A stretch of 64,000 nt of DNA. It comes from Lingula anatina. Lineage: Eukaryota; Animalia; Brachiopoda. The translations under genes were made by a program, and so were the position numbers. The notes under the pieces are model-generated. The model saw only the letters and a list, made by a program, of their open reading frames with translations. It was not told the DNA's origin and did not search any database. Below, piece by piece: positions 29,997 to 47,316 of this stretch. The stretch lies in the NCBI GenBank assembly GCA_051362555.1, contig CM120647.1:13306651-13370650 (forward strand). The letters are read 5' to 3'. Position 1 is the first letter of the stretch. Every line of letters begins with the position of its first letter.

Positions 29997-30967
29997 TTAA
30001 AGAGAAAACTTTATAAATGATTGAAACCCACGAAGATATATTATGAACTATTAATGACAGTTTGAAATTTCAGCTAACAAAATGCAGATGGATTAGAGTC
30101 AGTGCCATTCAATATGTTTCATATCATTTTGGAAGAATAAATGAAAATGAATTACAGAAATGTAAAAAAGAATATTATTTCGCTTGGTTTTGTGTGAAAA
30201 GTACAGAGGAGCAGCAGACTATATAAGTATATTGACCCATTTCTCTGATAATACACACAGCCTCAAACCAATTACACACATACAAGCACACACACGCACA
30301 CACAAGCACATGCACACACAGAGAATAAAGCAGAAAGTTTTGGCGTTAAATCGTTAAAAGTCCCATCCTTTATATCGCCCCTTGCTCGGTGATATCCACC
30401 TACTCTATCCAAAATGAAGGTTGAAACTGTGGCATATATCCGTTTTGTGTACATTACAAATATTGCAATGCCATCCCATATATAGTATCGTGCATATCAG
30501 CCCCCCCCCCCCAAAAAAAAAAAAAAAAATCGTAGTAATAAAAAATCGGGTTGCGGTCAACAATATGATGAACACTCGTATTTCTTGACCAAGCACACTG
30601 TATGCAAGGTTCGATTTTATATTCACAGATCTATAAGAAGTTAGCAACTAGAGTCGTGGATTTCCAAACAGCTTTGTACCCACTGCCTAAGTTCTTATGA
30701 CCTAATTTAGTCATAAGGTGCCTCATCTCCCCACCACATGTACTATTTAGATCCAGCTCTTCCTTACATGTCTTAGTGAAATATTACCTTGAGATATTAT
30801 CTAGTCCCACGAGACAAGTGTCACAAGAGGCGCGCGGCATCTTAGGGGGCGTGGGGCATGCTACGGGGCGCCACCGCGTCCCTTACAACACCGTGGTAGT
30901 TCATAGTGCTGCTGTCCATATTGTTGTTTAACCTTAGGCACTTTGAATATCTTTGTTGAGTCTCTCT

Positions 30968-31003
<36 letters not shown>

Positions 31004-31332
31004 TCATCTTCTATTGTTGTCTTTGCACTCATACCATATTTGAAAAAATATCTTTAAAAAATGAATAAAACATAAATAAAACACAAAGACATGTTATTGC
31101 GTGATCTAACATGAAGCCTTGAAAGGAGAAACACGCCTTTTCTATCTTTATAAACACTGTTAGCGGTCTACCTATCAAGTCAAATCACTGCATTTCCCCG
31201 CTTCAAACACACTTCATTAGCCAATGGAGTTATGTCAACAATAACACAGCACACGTCGATATTGTCGATTTAACCGCGGGCACAGTCAGTCAGCAAACAC
31301 GAAAGAGGGTTAATCCGAGACCCTATTATGGC

Positions 31333-31344
31333 GTCCTTAGCAAC
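31333..31344 (+). promoter_or_regulatory. Candidate RFX X-box (GTCCTTAGCAAC) upstream of the methyltransferase-like gene
   Basis: Match to the RFX half-site consensus about 1 kb upstream of the ATG, before apparent 5' UTR splice sites. Confidence 0.4.
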
Positions 31345-32374
31345 CGGGTTTGGTGTTTAACTATTGACCCGTGTAAGAAGAGACCAAAACGAGGCCACGT
31401 AGTAATTGAAGGGGAATTGAACTTCATTTAATCGATATGAATGGCCCTTAGGTATAGACTGGATTGGTTTGGTGTGTGTAATTATTACCTGTTAGCATGA
31501 TCTAATCAAGGAAGGAAACAGACATTAGGAGAAACCGAGGTGAACTGGCTTTCTAACCCGATCACGTCTTTCTAGAAAATCTCCCTGTAAGTTAACATTC
31601 GGATTAAGTTATATTTAGTGCACTTAACTGTAAGTAGACCTTGATAATGTTGGTGTCTATGTAGTATTTTAAGTGACTGTGTCGTTAAAGGAGTTACTTA
31701 AACAGTTCGTGTGACAGGTTGCGGTGTGTGTCCACAGCTTGACCAGTGACTAATCAATGTTCTAAAGAGCTAATTAATGTATTTTAACAACGGGTAAGTT
31801 TGTCCGGGAACTATTTCCCAGGCTACATGGATATTATTATAATAATGTTCCCACTGATCATATAGTACTCTCCATATGTTTGTAAATGGGCTGCTTTGTA
31901 TTTACATTTTCAGAGCCAAGAGCGTGACACAAGGAATTAAAACATTGCTGCAGCTATCGACCCACTAGCAACTGAATACAACTAGTGACGGGTCTTAGTC
32001 CCGTTAGGCCACTCAAACAGTGTCAGATAGAGCAAAGCAGTGTTTGTGTCACGTTTTCCCTCGGCTAGGGGTTGAATGCCCGATCTTCAACCCAGTTAAC
32101 ACCGAGTCGTGGACAGCCAGCGACTTCGTTCACTCACAAAATTTGTCTGTTGACAGTTAAGGGACCACAGCGGACAGCGGCCTTGGTAACCTTTTAAGCA
32201 GGCTTGACACGTACAGGTCTGGGGAGATCTTATTTCACCATATCTCTAGGAAGTGTATCATTTTACCAGGTTACTTGGGGATTTTTTAAGGGAGACCCAA
32301 AACTGCCCCTGTTATTGGAAAGGATCCCTTTAGCATCCAGACACCAGGATATCATATAGATCTGATTCCACATC

Positions 32375-32689
32375 ATGGCGAACTACCTGGGCCCCGAAAG
32401 TCCCAGGCCCTTTGCCGTGATATCGGAGACGTACCGGAACCGGCTGAAGATTCCTCAATACAGAGAGGATGAGCAGCACAGCTTCGGGGAGACGTGGGAA
32501 GAAAACATGTTCCAGCTGATACATAAACATTTGGAGCTGGGGACTGCTGATAGGTAAGACACGCACGAGTGCACGTGCACGCGATGCACATGCATATTAT
32601 AGGTGTGGTAGCTGGAAAGTGTGTTTGTGTGCGTGCGTGTGGGGTGCGTGCGTGTTTGTGTGCGTACTTGTGTGTGTAAATGTGTACGT

Positions 32690-32723
<34 letters not shown>

Positions 32724-34307
32724 CCCCCCTGTGTTTTTCAAACAAGTCAGTCACATATATAAGGGGGGGGGGGCAAAGAGACTGCTTCCACTTTTTAAAT
32801 CCAAAACGTTTACATAATTTAAAATATTTTAAATATAAATCGTGTCAAGCTAATGTTTTCCTTTGTCGTAACCACCCCGCCCCCATACACACACGCACAC
32901 ACATACACCTAAAATCTGCTTCCTACGCACCTATGTGTTCATGCTTATAGGTAGGCCTACGTGTAGGCCTACGTATGTTGTTCCACGACAGTAGCTATAC
33001 TGTATGTTGAGGCAAACGAGACGGAATCTAGAATATTTCTAGTTAACTGCAACCGCGAACTATCAAACTTAACAGTCTTGCTTTATTTTCAAGACAGTTT
33101 AATTAGGCCTACAGTGCAGGGCCGTAGCCTGAGCAAAATGCCAGGGGGGGCAGTAAGTGGACACGAGGGGGCAAAGCTACCGAGGGGGGAGGGTGTGGTG
33201 TGTAAAATTCCAAATTCCAGGGGGGGCAGCTGCCCCCCCCTGCCCCCCCGGAGGCTACGGCCCTGCAGTGAAATTATTCCTGGTAAAGCCCGTGTTAGTA
33301 ATAGGCCTACTGGAAAATATGTACCAAACTCCGTCATTTATATGATTCATTATTTGTCATAAAGCAATTCGTTATTTATAAGTTATGCAGGTAATATCTT
33401 TATCCGCAACGCCCGTATTATTTGCTTTTCGTTTTTTTAACAATTTTCCGCTTTAAAACCCTCTTGTTATATTTTCAGGTTTTGCTACATTGGCGAGGAC
33501 AAAGGATCTTTGGTGGAGAAAATCGAACACAAATTCTGCCTCCTAGAGCCAACTTGTAGCGTCATACCAGGCTGTAACGCGCACGTGGAAACCATTTGCA
33601 AAACCAAGCGCGTCTCCATCCCTATTGCCGGAGTTGGCGCGGAAGAATATTTCGAAAAAATGGCACGTGACGCACCCTACAAAGGGCCTTCTTTTGATCG
33701 CGTTTTATTGATGGACTGTATCCAATACTTCGAGAATCCTAGGGAATTTTACGGAAATGTAATGAGGACAGTTTCTGATTTCGGGAAAATTTTGGTCATC
33801 CATCGACCCGGATCTATGAATTCTCTGCCGTACCCCCGCGACGCTCTAATCCGTGTTCAAGAAAAGGACCACCCGTACATGCAAATTATTCGGGATCTTC
33901 AAAACCACAACTTCGACGTCCAGTGGGAAATAGAAACCCTACCCATTATCATGCCAAAGGTAAAATGGTTGGCTATGATCAGGGACCGTTATCCTAGTCA
34001 ACTGGAGGCCATCAGTAATTTCGAAGTTTCAGCCGGCATGAGAGAATTGTGCGAAGGATCCCTGAAATACGAGGGAGAAATGATCGAATTCATTGACAGG
34101 CTTCTGTTCATCACCGCCAGTAGGAATCTTAGCCAGTCCGGCATGCCCATAGTCAAGAGGTGGGGTAATGTGGGTAAACCCCAGCCAACCCCCACTGGGC
34201 AGGCGCTGAACTTAAGGCTGGAAGTGACACCGGATATCGCCCGGTATGTGCAGAAGAAAGATTGGAAGCCGAAAGACGAAAAGCGTTATCCATATTCGGG
34301 GAACTGA
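32375..34307 (+). CDS. Uncharacterized class I SAM-methyltransferase-fold protein, 335 aa. Exons 32375-32553, 33479-34307
   Basis: In-frame join ...LELGTADR|FCYIGEDKGSL; motif-IV-like FDRVLLMDCIQYFENPREFY and GKILVIHRP; glycine-rich motif I is degenerate. Confidence 0.75.
33117..33265. mobile_element. MITE with 14-bp perfect TIR and 5-bp TSD CAGTG
   Basis: cagtg-cagggccgtagcct ... aggctacggccctg-cagtg. Confidence 0.85.
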
Positions 34308-36329
34308 AAGTGATTAAATACAATATTTATGCATTAAGATGTTAAGTGACGCAAAATTTGGTGGTTTTGAATTCAAATATTTTTTAAAAACATGTATAAC
34401 AGGTCCGTTTGGTTCATTGAAGAAGACGTCAACGAGTTCTAATTATAGGGTCTATCATTCTGGGGGACTAAAATATTTGCTCATAAATTTATATTTTCAA
34501 AAATTATCACCAGACACCCTTTTAGAATTATAACGATGTATTTCATCGTGTATTGTAGTGCAATGATGTCTGCACGAAGCGATAAAAACGTCGATGAAAG
34601 TATAAATGATTAATTGCCTATCAAGTGACACTTGCATGTAATGCGCCCCCTTTATTGATTAACTTCATTAATCAACACAGACACAGTGATCGCGAAAGAA
34701 CGTGTTACCAGGGTCGACTTTGTATCAAAGCAAATATCGAACGAAATATTACACATTGGGATTTATACAGTACATAAAACGTTGCTTTATTACCACACAT
34801 CATATTCAAACTCTGATAAATGTATGCTGTACAATTAGTCATAGACATTCGCAGTTTGCATGTATGTTTTTGCTGATACTGCTTATTTATACGAAGACTG
34901 TGTGATTTACTTATGTAGACCCTTTCACTGATAGAGTTGCACTTTCACCCAGAAGCGGGATAACTTGAGATTTCTATCCGAAATGGCGAAACTGGAGTAC
35001 ACATGTTAATCTTCGGATTTTTTTTCAGACGCCCTTGCCTCTATTAAATCAATTTTAGAATTAATTTTACTATTGGCGAATTTGCGTTTATCAGAGAAGT
35101 AGTCCTGGCCAGCTAAGACGAGCTGCCTTTAAAATGCCCTTCAGTGACGTTACGTGCAATTACAATTAATTACAATTACAATTAATCCAGCGCGCTTATC
35201 TAGTCAGATTTATCATGTATTCCTAAACTATATTTCTAGTGGTCTTAAGCCTTAGTAAAGGGATTGTAACCAACCCAAAAGAGGTGAATGATTTTATTTC
35301 GTTTTTTAAGACAGGTGGAAAGAATATAATTGGATCACGTTTACCTGCATATACGCCCTAGAAAAAATGTTGCATTAGCATTACTGGTGATTTATCTATG
35401 TACGGCTACCATTCCGACAATCAGGTGATTCATGGTAGATTAATTTATTACTGATGTCTTAATGATGAAAGGACATAAAAAGTGCAATCGCTAAAGAAAA
35501 TAATTACCAAAAATATCTTATTTTGGATTAATTGTTTAAAATTATGCACTATGCAGGAAAAATGGTGACGATCTCATTTTGTCAATGAATTTATAAGGGC
35601 TCGTCTAATTAGTGCGACTCTGAACATCAAGAACGGTTTGCAGTCTCTTATGATCTCTTGAAAGATAATTGTTATGGTATTTTTTGTTTTGAATTTGGAG
35701 CTGCTAGTATAAATGAAAGAATATTTTTCTTGGTGATTGAATTTGCTCAATCGCTTGCTTGAAGTATCGAATAAAGTGCAATCTTTCACTTCACAAAATT
35801 GTTAAGTGTTTTTTCCTCTAGTATAGGGCCTACAGTACGTGTATGTAGGCCCTATAGGACAAGGGGTAATCATATACAGAACTTATTTTTCTTAATTTAT
35901 ATCTTATTCGCTTAAAAGTAATTAAAAATAGTGTGGTTAATGTTGAGCACCGGTGTCGCCTGCTGTGCTTGCTACTACAGAATGGTAACTGTAGCCCTGG
36001 CCTATTTGTGCAATGACATACTGTAGGCCTACATGCAGGTCTCTATAGCAGACATAGATTGAGTGTGCACGGAAAGGCCGATCGACGTAATCGCGTACGC
36101 GTTGTCTGCCGTTAATGCAATGACAGAAATGTCGGTTCACTATACAGAAATACTCGACACATATTAGGCCGTGTCGCTTTTGTCGTTTGTTTTCATAATA
36201 AATGCCTCTATTCTAAATAACCCGTAGGACAAAAGTTAACACAGCGGTTGTGATAGTTGGGTCACCCTGCCAGGTGACACTCTCGGATTGCGTTCCTCCC
36301 ACAATGCACCGCTCAGGATGTGGCGTCAT

Positions 36330-36341
36330 GTTGCTAAGGCG
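36330..36341 (-). promoter_or_regulatory. Candidate RFX X-box (GTTGCTAAGGCG) about 150 bp upstream of the small unknown gene
   Basis: Match to the RFX consensus at a promoter-proximal position. Confidence 0.45.
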
Positions 36342-36492
36342 TTATTGAGTCGCATTAAAGGTATTGTAAACACTCGCGGACAGCCAGTGTTAACTCATTG
36401 TTCGGCGTCTTGGCCACAGTAACAGTATCCCGTCCAGAGATTTACGAGAGGAGTCCGTCTGTTGACGAAGCTTTCTCGTAAGATCGGCGACA

Positions 36493-36781
36493 ATGGCGCA
36501 GCATTATTATGAGAGATTGTAAGTATCAGAATAATTACCTGTATGTTTCTATTTATCAACTCGTTTACCTGTCCCATCGAATATATTAGGTGTCCGCCTC
36601 GAATGTACGCCTTTCAGGTCATAACGTTCAAAGTGACTTTTTCTGAGTATTGGAATTACCAACCAGACCACGAACTTTCTATGTTAAATCACGGCTATTC
36701 AATGAAAATTTATATCCACTCTCAGTGTTAAATAAGAATAATTGGGATTAAAAATCATAGTATCAGTATGTTTTCAGCCGT

Positions 36782-36842
<61 letters not shown>

Positions 36843-37062
36843 TCTTATATCTATTGAATTAAGATTATTGGTGTGCAGCTTTGAGTATCAGAATATTAAT
36901 AATATAATGACAAATAAGAATGAAAAACATAAGCAAAAAAACTAAATCAGGTCCAGGCCAATAGTCAGTCTCGAATGCCTCTGAAATTCTTAGGAATTGC
37001 GATGAATATTTTAAAACACTGAAATAATTCCATTGGGCTTATTAATTTATTCAGACCTGTAT

Positions 37063-37093
<31 letters not shown>

Positions 37094-38110
37094 TTTCATT
37101 TCATTTCATTTCATTTTCAGGAGCCACCGCACGCTCAAGCCAAAATACTACACCCCGACAAACAACTACCTGTCAGGCGATGGGAAGAGTGAGGTATACA
37201 TGGGCGCCGCCTGGTACGTGCCCTCAGAACGCGCCTTCGAGAGCTACCACAAACACGGCCACCTCCCACCGCAGAGACGTGTAGACGCCAAGGAATACGA
37301 CAATGAAGATGATTGGAGGAAATTCCAGTATCTGCGGGATAGACCTCCAGGTATGGGCTTTCATTAAGTTGCTGTTGAAATGATAAAATCGTACATATGG
37401 AAAGTTTAAAAAATGGATAATTCTGGTCACTTTTCAAATATAAGCCTTTGAAGAATCAGTTTAGCCTAATATAAAAATGACATAGTAGAACTGAGAACCG
37501 CAAATGTAGAGTTTCAAAATAGGTCTAAGTGTCTGACTTGGGTTCCTTTGAAAATAAATTAGCAGAGGATTACAGTTAAACGAATTGAGGACAGATTGAA
37601 CATTGTGTGCATACTTTCTGAATAGCTCTTTAGGAATATTATGAAGTTGAAACAACTGCTATCATTAATTTTCGCAAACACTGATTTTCACGATTACAAA
37701 AAAAAAAAAAAAAAAAAAAAAATTGAATACGAAATAATGTAAAATTTTTCATTTTTTTTCCCTCAGCATATAACAGACACAGAGTGATGAAGATGACCAA
37801 CACGCCAGAGCTCAGTCTCCATGGTTACTGCACAAACCCATTTAACCTTCATCGTACAGGTGTGCGTGCAAGAACGCTCTATGATCCCAAACCCGACGGT
37901 GTTAGCAATCCAATATGGCGCGGTCCACATGGTTACTATGGTTACTACCACGAAAGACTGGATGCTAGGGACACTGGTGGCTTCCGAGTCACGAGACAAA
38001 TGTATAACGACGAGGATTGGTTAAAATGGGAGCAGCTCCGCACTGTTGATGATCCCAGTAATCTGTTGGGTGTTAGACCCCAGCATGCCCTACCACCACT
38101 GAATGTATAA
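36493..38110 (+). CDS. Uncharacterized 199-aa Y/P/W/R-rich protein, possibly ciliary or sperm-associated. Exons 36493-36518, 37121-37350, 37767-38110
   Basis: Three GT-AG exons give one open frame MAQHYYERLSHRTLKPKYYTP...EYDNEDDWRKFQYLRDRPPAYNRHRVMKMTNTPELSLHGY...HALPPLNV. Confidence 0.75.
36784..36838. repeat. (TA)n microsatellite
   Basis: Direct reading. Confidence 0.95.
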
Positions 38111-39348
38111 AATGTTGGGACGTGTAATATGAACTCATAGGATGGTGCAGGCGCATTGGGCATTTTTAGTGTCTCTTCCATTTTATTAAATGGGTTCAGG
38201 GTTGGGAAACCAGTACTTGTGCCAATTAGAGATTTAATGTTTCAGAAACAAAAGTTGAGCCATTGGTATAATCTGCATAATGAAGTACAGTGTACATGTA
38301 AATGTACGTCTCTCAAGCCCTGTGAGTTTTTGAAACTGACAAAACAGAATTTGAAAATGAAAACGAAACATTAAAACACTGGTTTTACTGACATGGTTGG
38401 GGCCTTACTACTGTTGGTAGAAAGGCTACGGACTCACATTGCAATTGGCGACTGTTTGGTATGTGTACAATAATGGTCCATTCTCTGAGGTCAAGAGATT
38501 TGTACATATGTACAATAATTCTTTTCTTTACAGAAAAGCGACAAAAAACTATAACAGTGTTGAAATGTATTTTTATTGGTTGTCATTACCTTTTTAGTTG
38601 CTGCTCTTGGTGCCTTTAAGCGACGCTATTCAGACATGTTTTAGAGGCAAAGTAAAATTTGCTCAACCAAAGAAATGTTTTTTTGTGTGCTTTCTCATTT
38701 ACTTTGGTATACATTTTTCAATTAACAAACATATGTAAGTGAATAAATATTTTGTTTATAAAAACATGTATACGATTTTGTGTAACTGCAATTTATGTAA
38801 TCCATGTATTTGAGTTATTTAGATAAAAAACCCTCTATATCATAGCGGTCTTTGCACGACATACGAAACGTGAATGCGTTGTGTAAATTAACAGTAAGAA
38901 CGAACGAGACTGGCTATAAACAGCACGTGAGTGTACATCGTACATATACATGACCGTAAGCTGAGACAAATGCTTGAGGGGAAAGTGTTAAAGCCCTATA
39001 AATATACAAGCAGGTTATTTGTATGCCCATCGCTGACGTTGACTTAAGGAAAAGTAATAGAAATTTGACGAACTGGGGGAGAGAGAAAGGTTAAACTTTT
39101 TTAAATCTCTGCGAGAGGCAGCAAGAAAGGGGTATGCACACCTGCAATTTACGCCCCAGTCACGGTTATCTTATATCATGTATCAAAGACGATGAGATTT
39201 TCCCTTGCAAAGCTCGCGATAAACGATTGAGATAAGTCACACGTGCGGCACTCTCACGATTGCTTAACACATTAACTCACACACTGACACACATACACAG
39301 TAACCCAAAGGACCCAGGGGTGGATATTTCTTATTTAAAGACGCCAAG

Positions 39349-42983
<3,635 letters not shown>

Positions 42984-43687
42984 CACGGACGCTGAAAACT
43001 TCTGTTTTCGACTAAGTATAATTATAATCATGATTCCATTTATATTAGACTACCTAAATTAAGGTAAATAAAAGCGACCACCAGACTACTTGGTAATTCC
43101 TTTCATAGGGTCTAACATGAGCGAAACAAAATTTAAACCATGTTATAATAGTTCAAAATGGGGTGTTCATAGTGAATTATGGGTCTCGTAATATCGACTT
43201 GTTAAGAAGCTAAATAAATCACCAATTAACGATTGGGTCAGTATACATGTAACTGGGTCAAGGCCAAATCAACATACATGTAGTTGAAGTCGGGATGAGG
43301 GTTGTTGACACGGGTCGATCCTTATCGGGGGCCCATAAGTCCACAGGCACAGCCATATTTCTTTCAACAACGGGAATATTGTCCTTACCAAAATGGAAGG
43401 CAATACTTCATCACCATAGGCCGACAAACTTAAGGCAAAATCCCAAAGATTGTTACATATTTTTCCATAAGTTCCCTTGCCTCCTTTGAGGGGGGGGGGG
43501 GGGGGGACAGTTAAATTATACCCGCCAAACAAATATATCTGGAAGGATGGCTCTCTAAGGAGTGGGTCATAGACGTATACACCTGTCCCAGTCCCACATG
43601 GCATACTGCTAAGATCGTGACATTTATTTGGTATAAAGCCGGATCAGTTTTGCAATCGGCGGTCAGTATACCCTGGGACGTTATACA

Positions 43688-46104
43688 ATGCTGCACCTTA
43701 CCCTGTCTGCGCTTTGTCTCTTCTTCCTGTGCGCCTACGGTAAGTAATTTACAATTCTTCAGTGCAGTTTTGTGAAAACTTGTTAAGATGATATGACAAT
43801 TTTGTTCCACACAAATGAAATGTAAGGAATCAGCAATTAAAAAAGAGAAATAGAAAAGAAAAGAAGCCCTATTAACAAATTAGTCTTAATATCAGATTTG
43901 TTTGTTTACATTTTGATCGTTAAAAAAAATCATTCGAGCTGAAGACAGAGTAAAATCTTTAGTTTATTATCTGTTTTATCGACTATCTGTCTGCCTGTCT
44001 AGCTGGATGTAGATCTTTTTTGTCCGTCTGCCTGCCTGTTTCTGTGACCGTAGATCAGTCAGTCTGACTGTCTGCCTGTTTGTCCGTTTGCCTGCCTGTC
44101 TCTGTGACCGTAGATCGGCCTGTCTGTCTGTCTGTCTGTCTGTCTGTTTAGTATACTGACGCGATTGGTTACATATTTGCCTCCAGGTCAAAGTGACCTG
44201 ACGGTCCAGATAGGCAAGGGGGACTCCCAGGACTGTCCTCGTGCCGCGTGGACCACCGCCACCTTCAAAATTTTCACCAGGTGAGGAAAAAGTCTTGAAA
44301 GAAAACTTGTGAGATTGTAGTGCCTTGACCCCTGAATTTTTAAAGAGGTAGCACGATTTTTTTATATACCAAATGTTGTGGTTAAATTTGCAATTCTAAT
44401 TTCCCTGGGAAAGAAACACTTCACAAAGAGAAAAAAGTCACTTTGTAATAACTGCGTAGAAAGAATGGAGCCAGTTTCAGTTTTGAATCAAAAGTACATT
44501 GTAGTAGGTATGAAAATCCCTAGTAGGGCCAAAGCCATACATCTGCAAATGCCTTTATCTTTGAACTCTTGTAAACTACGCAATTGTTGAATGCGATATT
44601 GTCTTTATAATGCTTTATTTAAAATATCTTGAATAACTGACCAACCTTGTCCAACAAATTAATCCATGACACAGAATGCATTAAACGCCCTTCATTGAGG
44701 TAAAGGAGCCAAGTTTAAATTTATTACATTTTAATCTATTCAACATTTACAATACAGTTGTTCAGCTGCAAATCTGAAAATATGCCGTTCCAAATATTCA
44801 AACAAAAATAGATTAACATTTATCAAAGAGACAGTACCCCCGATAGTCCAAACTGCAGTTTTTATTTCCTTAACCAGGACCAACACGAGAGGATCGTGCA
44901 TAACTCGTAAATCTAGGACACTCCAGTCCGCCAAGTTTGATGGTTCCAAGAAGACGTATTTTTTCGCACACGGTTGGTTGCAATCTGGTACCGATGACTT
45001 CAATGGACCGCTGGTGCAAGCCTTGCTGAGAAAGGTGAGCTGGGAATATTTCAATTACTATAAAAATTTTCCTGGTTATAATTCGTTGTAGATTCTATGG
45101 ATAGACAATAAATAAAAAAAATAGGAAAGAAAGAAAGAAAGAAAGAAAGAATGGAATTAATAAAAGACAAAAAAGAGAAATAGACAAAAAGGGACAGAAA
45201 AGGGAAAGCTTGGAAAACAAAGATAGAGTGGAGAAAAAAAGGCTAGAAAAGGTAAATTGGTAGGAAAAGTAAAGAGTAAATAAAAATATATAGACTTAAC
45301 TTGTTTTACCTAAAATTTAAAGGCAGGGATTTCCACCACTCTTCAGAGGGCCTTCGCCACATTCAACAGTACTTTCAAGTAACTTTATAAAAGAAACAAA
45401 GATAACGACTTTCGCCTAATTTTTTTCACCCTACACACATATATATACCGTACCATCAATTTTCTTCTCATTATTTCTTACAGGAGGACGCCAATGTTAT
45501 TGTCGTCGACTGGAGCAGCGCATCCCAGAACATTAATCTGTTGTATTCCTCGACCTCTGCCCATTTCGTTGGAGGCGAGGTGGCGGGAGTGATTAAATCC
45601 ATGAACGGCCTCGGTCTGAGTCCTAAGAACACGAATCTGATTGGTTTCTCGTTGGGGGCCAAGATCATGCAGGTGGCCGGTAACGCCCTCGCCGGTGACG
45701 GCAAGAAAGTCGCTAATTTCGTAGGTAAGATTTTAACAGATATTTATAAGTTTTGGACCAAAGGAAGATACTGAGTACAGTGCATTTCTTATGCAAAGAA
45801 TTTGTTAATCATCACGAGGATTCTTGCTCGTTTTCGAGTTTCATCTAATTTCATGGAGTTATGATATCTCGGATGTTTTTCATTGAAATATTACATACAG
45901 GTAAATGTATAGCGCTACACTGATACGATATATATATGAAGTTAAAACGCTTTTATTTGAAGAAATTTTGTTTAATTTTCATCTTTTAGATTTAATTACT
46001 TTTATATTGGTTTTCAATTTATCTGTGTAGTTTTGGTTTACATGTGTATATACATATGTTAACTGCCCTGAGACGCATGTTGGCGCGTTTTCAAAAAATA
46101 AGTA

Positions 46105-46149
<45 letters not shown>

Positions 46150-47316
46150 TATTATTATTATTATTATTATTGTACCGATATAACTTCAAATATGTTTCCA
46201 GCCCTGGATCCAGTAGCAGCGTCCTACAAAGGGGCAGCAGACCTGGTACAGGTGGTCCACACTAGCGCCATCTCCCACCTGTCCTCAGGTAAGACAACGC
46301 TCACCTGTCCTCAGGTATTACAACGCTCACCTGTCCTCAGGTAAGACAACGCTCACCTGTCCTCAGGTAAGACAATGCTCACCTGTCCTCAGGTAAGACA
46401 ACCAAAGGGCCCCAAATATGCACCTGAAGTCAATTGCTTGCCACAAAAGCGGATCAAATGCCACCACATAGTTTCAAAGACTTCTTAACTTAAAGAAATG
46501 CTCAAGGACAGCGTTTCATATAACCCGAAATTAATATTTGATATATAACGGCCAGAAAAATATAGTCCGGACCGATGGATTTTTCAGAAAGAGTGAATTT
46601 AGCTGTCCGACATGGCCAGTAGATTATTTCCTTAAAAGCTAACATTTTTCTCGCAATTTCTCAAAAATATGCTTGAGTCACCTATGTTGCACAAAACGGT
46701 TTCCATAACTGTTTATTCAGGATCATTTTAATCGTTGCAGGCGACATAGATATCTTTGTCAACAAGGGATTCGTCAGTGTCAATCCAGTCAGGTCCCACA
46801 ACGTGGCCATAGATATCTATACCAAGTCGATAGAGGGTGGCTGTGGGTTCTCTGCATGTGCTGAAAATGAGTGAGTCTTTAGTGTCAGATACTTATACGT
46901 AATCTTAAAACGAAGAAATATCCTAAAACGCAACCAGTTACTAATTACAACTGTAAAGATGGTTTAAGCTACGCATTACTTTAAGACTATCTAAAAATCT
47001 TCAAAGTCTATCGTTATTAGAAAACTTCAATTATAATTTTTTGTTAACTTACGGCATTTTGAACTGTATTTTGAATTAGTAGTTTCAATTTCTATGGCCA
47101 CAAATTTTTCAGGTCGAACGAATTTTAATTATTGTACACATTTAAATCTTGCTGATGGCATATTTTTTAATATTCACGTTATTAAAAAATCTTTAATAGT
47201 AAATAACGGTTCGTTTCAGTTCCAAATCCTGCAATCGTCTTGGCTACGGCGTCAGTTCTACAGGTGCGAAGGGCAAGCTGTACATGACCGTGACGAGCGC
47301 AGAGAAGTTTTGCTGA
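43688..47316 (+). CDS. Secreted pancreatic-lipase-family / phospholipase A1-like enzyme B, 285 aa. Exons 43688-43739, 44187-44280, 44878-45034, 45484-45724, 46202-46288, 46741-46870, 47220-47316
   Basis: TATAAA at ~43633; signal peptide MLHLTLSALCLFFLCAYG; HGW, GFSLG, LDP, VHT, SH; exons 3-7 are the same sizes as in enzyme A (157/241/87/130/97 nt). Confidence 0.88.
46276..46402 (+). repeat. 26-bp tandem minisatellite (about 5 units) spanning the exon 5 splice donor of lipase B
   Basis: Unit cacctgtcctcaggtaagacaacgct starting at 46276, 46302, 46328, 46354, 46380. Confidence 0.95.

Noticed and set aside
46276-46402. Regular 26-bp repeats as a CRISPR array
   Set aside because: Units are contiguous with no unique spacers, the context is a eukaryotic intron, and no cas genes are present.
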